A stretch of 64,000 nucleotides of DNA, taken from positions 1-64,000 of IMG/VR virus record IMGVR_UViG_3300047409_000266; one strand, given 5' to 3'. Every line of letters begins with the position of its first letter. The first letter of the stretch is position 1. Made by a program: the position numbers and the translations under genes. Positions 9,968 through 21,900 of this stretch are shown in pieces. Below the pieces are notes generated by a model. The model did not search any database, was not told the DNA's origin, and saw nothing but the letters and a program-made list of their open reading frames with translations. Source of the stretch: a virus.

Positions 9968-12900
9968 ATGTCCCTAGAAGATCAGTTGGGTGCGGTCGAT
10001 CCGCAAAGTGTCGACATAAATCCTCCTGTTCAACAAGCGCCGACGTATGCCCAAAATGTGGAGATAGATCCGCAGACATTTCGCAATAGGCACATTCGTA
10101 AAGGCATCGTCAAAGATCAACCAGTAGACCCGGCCGATGTAGCTGACAGCACTTTCCGTAGCGGCATGCCGGATTTGCCTCCTGGCCGCGTCAATCCGGG
10201 CGAGGTTGCGGATCGCATATTTCGTGATGCGCAAGAGCAGGAACGACGTCGCGCGCAGAAGCCGGCTAAACAACCAGCCGCAGACCTCTCACAGTACGGC
10301 GATCCAATAGTCGATTTGAGTCAGTACGGCGAGGCGGAAGCGCCAGAAGAAAAACCAGAGGAAAAGAAAAAGCCAGACTGGGGTGGCTATGGATCGGTAA
10401 TTGGAAAGTCGGCGGCGCAAGTCCCTACCGATATTGCTGGCGGCCTGTTGCAGGGGGCTGGCCTTATAGGCACCAAGGCTCTCCAAGGAGCAGCCAAATT
10501 CTCGCAAGCCCAACTCGATGTGATGGACCGCATTGATAAGGGCGAAAAAGTTCGCCCTGTAGACGACGCGATTGGCTACGGCGATATGACGCCAGAACAG
10601 CGCAAGGAGTTCCGTACTCAGACCCAGCCGAGACTTGAGAAGGACGCTAAAGCCAAATATCTGGCAGAAGATAATCCGGTCTACCAAGCTGGAAAATCAG
10701 TCAAGGAATTTGGCGAGAAGCAGTTCCCGCTCACTGATACCGAGAAGGGGAGTCTCACTAGCAAAATCACGAAGGGAACGCTGCTTGTAGCGCCACTTGT
10801 CGCGGCTGGCATCGTAGCGCCAGAGGCGGCTATCCCGATCGGCGGCGCTATGTTTGGGCTGACAGGCGCGGCCGATACCTACGAAGATGCTCGCAAAAAA
10901 GGTGCGAGTCCAGAAGATGCGATGACGTCCGCCGGATTATCAGGTGCCGTGAACGCTGCTCTTGGAACGGTTAATCTTGGATTTGTGCTGAAACCGATCC
11001 AGAAGTTTATGCCAGAAACCGAAAGTCTGGCGATAAAATTACTCGCGCGCGCGGGCCAGAGCGGAGTCACGTTTACTGGCATTGGCGAGGCACAAGAATT
11101 TCTTGGTCAACAGATCGGGAAAATCTACAATCCGCAGTACGTTGCAAAACTCAAGGGAGAGGAAGAAGAACTAAAGCTTAAAATAGCTGATGTTGAATCT
11201 GACCCGGCGAAAGCAGCGGCCAATGGCGGGTGGCTTAAGCAGGCTAAGGCCGGTGTTAAGTCCTACGAAGAAGCGATCGATGCGGCCTCTGGTTATTCGC
11301 TAGACGCCCAACGCATGATTGCTAGCTTCGCGACTGGGGCGATCTTGGGCACAGCGCACGGATTGATCGATGCGCGTACAGCGAAGAAACCAGTAACGAC
11401 CCCCGGCGAGGAGGGTACGAACACTGGCGACGAGCGTAAGACGCCTCCACCTCCTCCGCCGCCTGTCACACCAGATGAGACTGGGAATGAGCGTATTACT
11501 CCGCCTCCGCCTCCACAAAATCCAGAGCGCGCAGCACGGGAAGAACGAGCGCGAGAGCATGGACGCGCACGCGAGGCAGCGCGCGAGCAGCAACGTCAGG
11601 AAGAAGCGCGGGCGGCTAACGCTAGCCCAGAAGCTAAGGCAGCCGCACGGCAAGCCAAATACGAGACTTCTTTACGAGAACATTTCAACCTGACGGATGA
11701 GGATATCGCAGCGATCGGCCCAGACGGGCTGGAGGAAGCCCTCCGCGTTCGGAATTTCTTGGAAGATTATGGCATCCCAACAAAAGAGCTTCGCAGCAAG
11801 GAGCAATTCGACAAGGCATTGAAGGAGGCCAGTGATGCCGGCGCAGAGATTCCAGGCAAGGAAACGCCACCTCGCGGATCAACGAAAGAGGACACGGTCC
11901 CTCAGTCATCTGGGAAGTGGGAGGGTCTCAATTACACGCTTGAAACGGACAAGAATAATGTTCGAACAGGAGTAGACCCAGAGACCAGCAAACCATGGCA
12001 ACAAAAGATGGGATCGCCCCACGGATATTGGAATGTGGGGATGGGGGCCGATGGCGGGAAACTCGATGTCTATGTCGGACCTGATCGCACCGAAGGCCCG
12101 AATCAAAGCGTCATCGTCATTGACGAGAAGGATAAAAACACAGGAGCCTTCCGGCAGCACAAGACATTTATTGGTTTCAGCGGGCTAGACGCCATTCAGA
12201 AAGCGATTGTTGCCTACAAGTCTACCGAAGGCAAAAGCCACGGGATGATTGGCGGGATTAGGATTTTCAAGGCCGATGACTTCAAAAAATGGGTTAAGGA
12301 AGGCGACCTCAAGGCCCCAGTCTCTGATGCCATGAAGGCGGCTGAGAAGGCCCCTGGCAACGCAGCCGAGGCCGCCCAAGAGGTTGGGCCTGAAGCAGGC
12401 CACGAACACCACGCAGCCGTCGAAAACGTCCTGCGCGCCGCTGGCGTTGATCCTGCCACCGTGCGGCCGGCGGATGTGGCCAGAGCTAGTGAAATCCACG
12501 CCGAGGAAGGCGCTCCGCCAGATGAGGCTTTCCCAGTCGCCGTAGTGCGCAGTCTGGTGGAAGATGGGCATATCAGCCGAGAGACTGTCGAAAAGGAACT
12601 AGGCCATGCCGAAGCCTCCCAGTTATTGGACGCCATCGCACGCGCTCGGGGCGAGCCACCTATTAAAACGGATGGCGCCACAGCTCGTCGGGAGGCTACC
12701 GCGGTCGCGGGTGGCGAGCCTGCACGCGGCGCTGCGCCTGTCAAAGAAACAGCCACAGGGGGTGAAAAGCCATCTGTCGGTGAAGCCACAGCAGCCGGCC
12801 GTCCCGAGGGTGGGCGGGGCACTGTCGAGCCAGCCACCAGCGGGGAGCGCGTTGCCGAAGCAGGGACTACCGAAGGCAAGCCCGCTCGCGCAGGCCGTAC

Positions 12901-15900
12901 CGCCGCAGCAACTGCAGAGCAAGTTGCCAAGCCTACCAAAGCCACTGTAAGGCCATCAGAAAAGCAGTCCTTGCTGGAATTTATTGCGGCGCGCGGCGGC
13001 ATCGATTCGAGCGATCCGCTCGTCAAGGACATTCAGCAAAGCATCGGACACACCAACAAATTCATTCCAGGCTACGGCACCTTGATTCGCCAAGGCGGCA
13101 AGCGGCTGGACAGTATCCGCGAGGCCGCAGTAGAGGCAGGCTATCTGCATGATCCGGCCGAGCAGCATGGCGGCGTTACCGAGAGCACCATTGTCCATCT
13201 TCTGGATGCGGTCGACAAAGAGCTTAGGGGCGAGAAGCAGTACCGCGCTGGCTACACCCCAGAGACAAAAGAGCCCAGCGTAAGCCAGTTAAAACGTGAT
13301 CGCGATGCTCTCCATGAGGCTATGGCCAAGGAGAAGATTCCGCTTGATTCAAGCACGAAAGAGCATGAGGATTTGGCAGTTGCCATCTTCCATGAGCGCG
13401 GCGGTGATCCGCTCGATGCACTTGAGGCGGCAGCCTTTGAGCTTGAGCGTAATCATGAGGTTCTAACCGCCGAGGCGAAGCAAGACGCCGAAATAACTGA
13501 GGATCTAATCGATGATCTTGACAGGTACGCAGCACCGAAAGCTAGCGAAGCATTACCGGCAGAAGGCGGCAAAACTGCCGAAGGGCCAAAAGGCGCAGAA
13601 GTCCTTCCTGCACAAGAGCGCGGGGTTGCACCTGGGGCTAGCGAGAGCGCAGGGGTCGAAGTCAAGCCTAGCGCCGAAGTCAAAGGCGAGCAGCGACCCG
13701 GAGAGCGAGAACCTGCTAAGTCCACAACCGAGCGAACAAGCGCAGGAGAGCAAGCCGTCCTTCCAGGCGCAGAACGAATCTCCGACCGAGAGCACGCCCA
13801 GCGCGGAGCCGATGAGCGCCTAAAGCCGAAGGCAGAGCAGAAGGCCGCGGACGAAGGCTTGTTCGGAGATGAGAGCAAGCAGACCGACCTGCTCGATGCT
13901 GCGAAGAAGCCAGCCGCCGAACACCCCGGCCTCGTCATCAAGTCTCTTGAGACCGGCAAGGAAACTCACGTCAAGGTAAGGACGCCACAGGTCGAGGCGA
14001 TGCCCGGCACGGCACCGCTGGGTGCGAAGGCCAAGAGCGATTGGACAGAAATCGGGAGAAACGAAACCGGCCACACACTCTATGAAGATCAGCGCGGGGT
14101 GCGATCGTACATTGTTGCTGGCGTGCGTCGTACTGAGCCAGTGCCGATCGTGCCATCGCGTGGTGGTGTCACGCCCTACAAGCCAACGACCAGTGAGCGC
14201 GCGAAACACGGCAATGAATGGCTACTCACATCAGAGGTGAAGGCCGAAGAATCTCCGGATTATCAGCGTGGATGGAATAATGCCAAGGCGGATGGCCCAG
14301 AGAGCGCGCGCCGGCGTGGAGGTTCAGATCAAGAGAAGGCCGGGTATGACGCTTATGTTGATCAAGCGAAAACCACAAAATCTGGAGTAGCCGCCGAAGA
14401 ACCAGACATTAAACTCGCGCGCGCGCTGGCAAACCGCATCAAGAATGGCGAGTCAATCACGAACAAGGTGCTGCAAGATGAAGGCACCGCGGCCTTTGGC
14501 GGCACGCTGGCCGAGGGAAAATTCGATCGCAAGGACGCACACGATGCGCTCGAGCTCGCCGTCAATATGGCAGTACGCGAAGATCCCAAGTTGCGCATAC
14601 CGCCGTATCGTACCGACAATGCACCTTGGAAAGAGACCGTCGATCGTCTTATAAAGATATTGGACAAATTGCCGACCCAGCGCGTCCGCTCCGAGGAACA
14701 ACAGAGCTTCCAACAATTCTCAACACCGCCGCACTATTCGGCCGCTGTGGTCTATGCCGCTAGTCTACGCAAAGGTGACGTGGTCCTCGAACCGTCTGCC
14801 GGGACTGGCAGCTTAGTTGCGGCTGCATCAGCGCCGGGCGTGAAGATCATAGCCAACGAACTAGCACCGCGCCGCGCCGAATTGTTGCGCGCATTAGTGG
14901 GGGATGACGGTCGTGTTTTCACGGAGAACGCCGAGCAACTCGACAATATCCTGCCGGCCGACGTGAAGCCATCAGTGGTGGTGATGAACCCGCCATTCAG
15001 CCAGACCGCAGGCAGGATGGGCGATAAGCGCGACATTACCGTAGGTGCCACGCACATCAAACAGGCTCTTGGGCGGCTGGAGCCGGGCGGGCGCCTTGTG
15101 GCGATCGTCGGCCGCGGCATGTCCATGGAGGCTCCTGCCTTCAAACCATGGTGGAAATTGATTGAGGATGAGTACGCCGTTCGTGCTAATATCGGAGTCG
15201 ACGGCGACGTATACGGCAAATACGGGACCAATTTCGGCACCCGTCTCCTGGTGATCGACAAAGTCGCACCTACATCAGGAGAGAAGCCGATCACCGCCGA
15301 AGCGCACACGGTCGATGACCTGATGCGCGCATTGGAGCCGATCCGCGATGCCAGACCACAAGCCATTGGAGGTAAGCCAGAATTCCAACCTGCTCAACCG
15401 AGCGGCGTGGAAATGGCTCAAGGAGGCGAGGGACGAAGCCCCGCCGCAGCACCTGTACGTCCTGAGCCTAGCGTTCTGGGGGCTGGAGAACGGGGCGGGC
15501 GGGGAGTGGCCACCGAGGGACAAGCCGGCGTTGGAGGAACAGGTGGGGCAACTCCTGGGCTGGAAGCCGGAAAACGCCCTGGCGTGGCTGCTGTCGAACC
15601 CGAACGGGCCGGAACAGAACGAGCAGGGGCAAAGCTTGTTGAGGGCACTGCAAAGGGCGAGCAGCCCAAAGGGGGCGGCGGCGTTGGTCCTCAACCAGAT
15701 TTACAGCAGACAGCAAAGCCAGAATCCGGCACTGCAACCAGCAGCGAGCGAATTGAGCTAGAGCACGCCGAGCCGGGCACGCAGACAGCGTCCGAGATCA
15801 GCGAAAGTCTGTACGAGGAATATCAACCACAGCGCGTCAAGGTTCCTGGTGCCAAGAAGCATCCTGGTCCGCTTGTGCAATCTGCAGCTATGGCGTCGGT

Positions 15901-18900
15901 CGAACCGCCGCTTCCGAAGTACAAGCCAGCACTACCGCGCGAGGTGATCGACAAGGGTTTGCTTTCGAACGCCCAGCTTGAGCCGGTCATCTATGCCGGC
16001 GAAGCACATTCCGCGATGCTCCCGGCCGCCGAGAACGAGACACCGAAACGCCGCGGCTACTTCATTGGCGACGGTACTGGCGTCGGCAAAGGCCGCGAGG
16101 TTGCCGGCATCATCCTCGACAACTGGCAGCAAGGACGTACGAAGGCGGTATGGGTTTCCGAGAAGCGCAAACTGCTCAACGACGCCAAACGCGACTGGTC
16201 GGGCCTAAAGCAAAATCCGAACGTCTTGTTCGACATTGGCAAGGTCAAGTCTGGTGAACCGATCGGCGCGGAGCGTGGTATCGGCTTTGTCACCTACGAT
16301 ACGCTCAAAGGTGGCATGTCAGATCAAGCATCGCTCGCGCGTGGCGGGTTTGTGCGCAAGCAGCCGGTTTCCGTTAATGGGCAACCGGGAACTGTGCAAA
16401 AGATTGAGCCTGGGCGCCGCGGGCAACCGCCACAAGTTACGGTCGCTCTCGACAACAAAACGACAGTGACGGTGCCAGGAAACGAGGTAACAGTTAGCGA
16501 AGCGATGACGGTTAAATCCCGCGTCGACCAGCTTGCCGATTGGCTTGGAAAAGACTTCGACGGTGTGATCGCGTTCGATGAAGCCCACAACATGGGCAAT
16601 GCGATAACGACAAAGGGTGAGCGCGGCACGAAGGACGCGGCGCAAAAGGCGCTCGCTGGACTTGCGCTACAAGATCGCTTGCCGAATGCCCGCGTCGTCT
16701 ATGTCTCAGCGACAGGTGCGACGGAGGTTTCCAATCTGTCTTATGCCGATCGCTTGGGATTGTGGGGACGCGGGACGCCGTTTGCTTCTCGCGACAAGTT
16801 CATCACGGAAGTTGAGAAGGGTGGTATCGCGGCGATGGAGCTCATCGCTCGCGACATGAAACAGCTTGGCATCTACATCGCGCGCAATCTGTCCTACGAC
16901 GGTGTCGAATACAATCGCCTCGAACACAAGCTCGATCCAAACCAGCGTGAGATTTACGACACCGTTGCCGAGGCATGGCAGATCGTTCTGAGAAACATCC
17001 ATGCTGCCTTAGAGGAAACAGGCGGCAACAAGGACGCACGCGCCAAGTCTGCGGCAATGTCGGCGTTCTGGGGTGGGCACCAGCGGTTCTTTAATCAGAT
17101 TGTCACCTCGCTACAGATGCCATCCGTCATCAAGGCGGCAGAAAAGGATTTGAAGGAGGGGCGCCAAGTCGTCCTGCAACTGACTAACACGAATGAAGCA
17201 TCGCAAGAGCGCGCCGCCGCGAAGGCCGAGACAGCCGAGGATATCGAGGATCTCGATATCACGCCGCGCGATCAGATTATTCAACTGGTCGAGAAGTCGT
17301 TCCCAACGCAGGAATATGAACAATATCGCGACGAGAACGGCAATGAGCGCTCGCGACCAGTAGCCGATGCAAATGGCAACGCCGTACAGAACAAAAAAGC
17401 CGTAGCGATGAAAGAGGCGCTGATCGATCGGCTTGCCTCAGTGCGCGTGCCGCAGGGCCCGCTCGATATGATCCTAGATCACTTTGGCACCGATGTTGTG
17501 GCCGAAGTGACAGGCCGCAAGCGCCGCTTTGTGATGAAGGAGGACGAAAAGACCGGCCAGAAAAAGCGCATGGAGGAAAGCCGGCCAGGATCGTCCAACC
17601 AGTCCGAGACCGATACATTTCAGGCTGGCAAGAAACAGGTGCTAGTGTTTTCAGAGGCTGGCGGCACTGGTGCCTCGTACCATGCCGACAATAGTTCAGG
17701 TTCAAAAGACGCGCGCCGCTCGCACTATCTGGTGCAAGCAGGTTGGCGAGCCGACAAGGCCGTGCAGGGTTTTGGCCGTACACACCGTACCAATCAGGCA
17801 TCGGCGCCGATCTTTCACCTCGTTACCACTGACCTCGATGGGCAGAAGCGTTTCATATCATCGATCGCGCGGCGCCTCGGGCAACTTGGGGCACTGACGA
17901 AGGGCGAACGCAAGGCCGGCGATCAGGGCATCTTCTCGGCGCGCGACAATCTGGAAAGCAAGGAAGCACATCAGGCAATATCCCAGTTCTACAATGATCT
18001 CCTGCATGACAACATCGAGGGTGTCCGCATCGATGATTTTGAGGCGCAGACTGGCCTCTCTTTGCGGATCAAGGACGACGAAGGCCGTGTTACTGGGGCC
18101 AAGCAGGAACTGCCGCCGATAACGCAATTCCTCAACCGTCTGCTGTCGCTCAAGATTGATCTGCAGAACAAGGTGTTCCGCGCGTTCTCGGATAGGCTCG
18201 ATCACGTTATCGAGGTACGCCAACAGGCCGGGCTGCTCGATGTTGGCCTTGAGACTGTGAAGGCTGACAAGATCGCGAAAGAGACCGAGGAAGTAGTCCA
18301 TACCGCCAAGGAGAGCGGCGCCGAGACCAAATACGTCAAACTTGCGGTCTCGGACAAGTTTCACCCAACGCCGTTCAAATTCGTTGCCGACAATCCGAAC
18401 CGCAAAATAGTGTCGTGGGCGAAAAGCCCACACGGCAAGGTGTACGGAATTGCGGAAGCGCCAGACATTACCCAGGCCGATACTGGACGCATCATCCCGC
18501 AATACCGCATCATCAGCCCTGTTTCTCCGTCGCGTCTCATCGCACGAGACAACGTAGATCGCCGCGATACCGAATGGAAGAAGATCGAGAAACAGGACGC
18601 CAAGGATCTGTGGCAGGTTGAGACCGAGAAAGCTCCTGAATTTGTCACTCGCGATCTGCATCTCATCACGGGCGCAATCCTACCGGTGTGGGATCGCCTC
18701 AAAGGTAGTCCGCGGGTGGTGCGGCTGCAGACAGACAAGGGCGAGCGTTTTCTTGGGCGCGTCATTCCGGAATCGCACATTTCAGATACACTGCAGGCGC
18801 TTGGCGCGGAGACCAAGGCTAAGGTTGTCGAGCCTACTGCGCTGCTTTCGCAACTCATGGCCGGTGCACAAGCGAAGCTCGCAAATGGCTGGAGGTTCAA

Positions 18901-21900
18901 GCGATCGCTGGTGGCTGGCGAGCACCGTATCGAATTGACGGGCCCAACGTCGTTCTCGGAAGGCCAACAAGTTAAAGCGGACGGCGTATTCACCGAGCGT
19001 ATCAACTACACCGTACGATACTTTGTGCCGACCGATCCAGAGGCTGGCGCGCGCGTGCTGGCGCGGCTGATTGAGCACAGACCGGTGATTGAACTTGGCA
19101 AGGCCGGCGGCGAGGAAGATGACATTACCGCTGCGATGGCTCTGCCCGCAAAGCCAAAAAGTGAATGGTATTATTCCGCTGTCGCAAACGCGATCGATAC
19201 AGCGAAGCATGAGAAAGCCGCGCCTAATCAATGGCTTGGAATGTTGCGCAACACCCCAGGTGTGAAGCCGGAAGAAATGAAATGGCTCGGGCTTGAGGAA
19301 TGGCTGCGCGATCATAAGGGCCCCGTCAGTAAGCAGGAACTCTCCGACTACGTCCGCGCCAATCAGATTGAGTTGAAGGAGGTAGAGAAGGGCATAAAAC
19401 AGGATTCTCCTAGGCTTGAAGAATTGCGCGAAAACCCACGCCGCACACCGACTGAGGAAGATGAATTTTCGCGGCTCCTCGCGGAGGCCGACCCAGAACG
19501 TGAAATAGCCAGGATTGATGCTGGTATTCGAGTTTTGTCAAACTGGCCAGATGATCCATCTACCGCACGCAATCCAGTCAATCAGGCGGAATTGGATATA
19601 CTGTCGGCACGCTGGGAGGAATTGCAATCCTCAACCGTGCAAGCACGCGGCCCGACCAAATTCGGCACCTACACTCTCCCCGGAGGCGAGAACTACCGCG
19701 AATTGCTGCTGACGCTGCCGGAGAAGAAGAATCCAGCGCGCACTGCGGTCGAGGATATCAACAAGAAACTCATCGACAAATACGGTGGCCTTCAAGATGC
19801 GTTCAATAGATGGACGCCAGAGGAAAACGCTGAGTTTGATCGCATCCACAATGATGCCTATGGCATCGAGAGAGATTCAAATCCGCCGAACTATCACTCC
19901 TCCCACTGGGACGAGCCCAACGTCCTCGCGCATGTTCGCTTCAATGACCGTGTGATCGACGGCAAGAAAACGCTGTTCGTTGAGGAAGTGCAAAGCGACT
20001 GGCACCAGCAAGGCAAGCGCCGCGGTTATGGTGAGCAGCGACCAGATACGTCCAAGTGGGTTGCAGAACGAGTTACGACATCAAATGAGCGAGCTATCCG
20101 GCAATTTGCTGACAAAAATCCTCCATATTGGAAAGTCTTAGATGAGGATGGCAAAACTCTAAAATATATCTTCGCGGCAGACGAAGCCGAAGCCATCAAG
20201 AGCGTCGCAGATCAACTTACAGAGCGCGGTGTCCCCGACGCTCCATTCAAAACCACATGGCCAGAACTCGCAATGAAGCGGATGATCCGCTACGCGGTGG
20301 AGAATGGCTACGACAAGATCGCGTGGACACCAGGCGATGTGCAGGCCGAGAGATACGATCTGAGCAAGCAGATCGACGGCGTTACATATTTTACAAAGAC
20401 CGGCAATCTCTATGCGACCAAGGGTATTGACACGATTTTTAGCAAGCATGGCGTCAAGCCAGAACAATTGAGCGATTATATCGGTAAGGATGCAGCCGAC
20501 AAAGTTTTGAATCAACCAGATCGAAAGTACCAACATTCGGAAACGGAAGGGCCAGCACACGAGATTAGCGGTGCATCTCTCAAAGTCGGCGGCGAGGGGA
20601 TGCGCGGTTTCTACGACCAAATCCTTCCTGCCGCAGTCAATAAGTTGGTCAAGAAATACGGCGGGAAGGTTGGGCAAGGACAATTGCCTGAACGCGGAGC
20701 TTGGGAAGTGTATGCCAGCGAAGGCGGACCTTTCCTCGGCAATGCTCGTACATTCGGCGAAATGCGAGACGCGCGTAGAGAAGGCAAGTTCATCAAGGAA
20801 AATCCGGACGCCGAAGGCCGCAGGGTTCACTCCCTCGACATTACCCCGCAACTCCGTGATGCCGCACTTGCCCAAGGATTTCCTGTATTCCAGGCTAAAC
20901 CAGCCGCAGTACAACGTTCGCAGCCCAGCCGTGGTCTGACTGAGGCGGCGGAAACAAACCGTTTGAAGGCCGCCGAGCAGCGCCGCGAACTGCAATTCAC
21001 CGATTTTGCGAAACGCGCGGAGGTCGAGAAGGCCGTCTTGGCCATGCTCGATCACATGACCGGTGGTCGGTTCTCGCGCGGGCAGGCCCATGTGTTGCTG
21101 CCTGATACGATCCCAGGCTCGGCCGAATCTGGCTATGGCAACCTCAATCTCGCCCCGAATCGTGGCGGCACCTACAGCCCGGTCTACGAAGTCATTAGGG
21201 TAGCGCTTTCCGATCCTGACTACCCCAACCCGTTCCGCGGTGTGGCGCACGAAGCCACCCACATGATTCTAGACCACTTTGCGACCGATCAGGAGCGCGC
21301 GTTGCTCCAGCATCAGCGCCCAAGGATGGTCGAGCGCGTTGCCAAGGACCGCAATCTCACATTCGATCAGGCCAATTCGCTGTCCCAGTACGAGATCGAG
21401 GCACACTACGGCGAAGCCTATATCGATGATCGCGCCAAGGGCGGTAACGGTGCCGGGGTGCATATCGGTCTGCGTCGATTGTTCGAGCGCATCATGGATT
21501 TCTTCCGCCGCGTGCGCGCGTGGTTGAACGGCCACGGCTTCCGAACCATCGACGACATCTATTCAGACATCTACGAAGGCAAGATGGGCCAGCGGGAATC
21601 GCGCCGCGACAAGGGCGAAGAATCAAAACTGATAAAGGACATCAGGGCAGAGCAGGCGGCGGAGAAGGCGAAGGCTGAGAGGGCGAGGCCAACGGCATCA
21701 GCCGAGCCACCGATTGAGGCCGCCATGGCGCGGCCATCCAGGCGCCCAGCGGGAGCCGTAAGCCGATATCCAGTAGCGGAGACTATCTCCGATATATTGG
21801 AAGCGAAAAATTGGCCGAAGCTTGCCAAAATCTCGCAATCTATCAGAATAGGTGGCCTCAACCCCATCGAGCTTCGCGTAAAGGTGCAAGATAAATTCTT

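Noticed and set aside
20159-21262. Long antisense ORFs within the giant gene (also 12214-13032, 17858-18661)
   Set aside because: Shadow ORFs expected from GC-rich codon bias; no motifs
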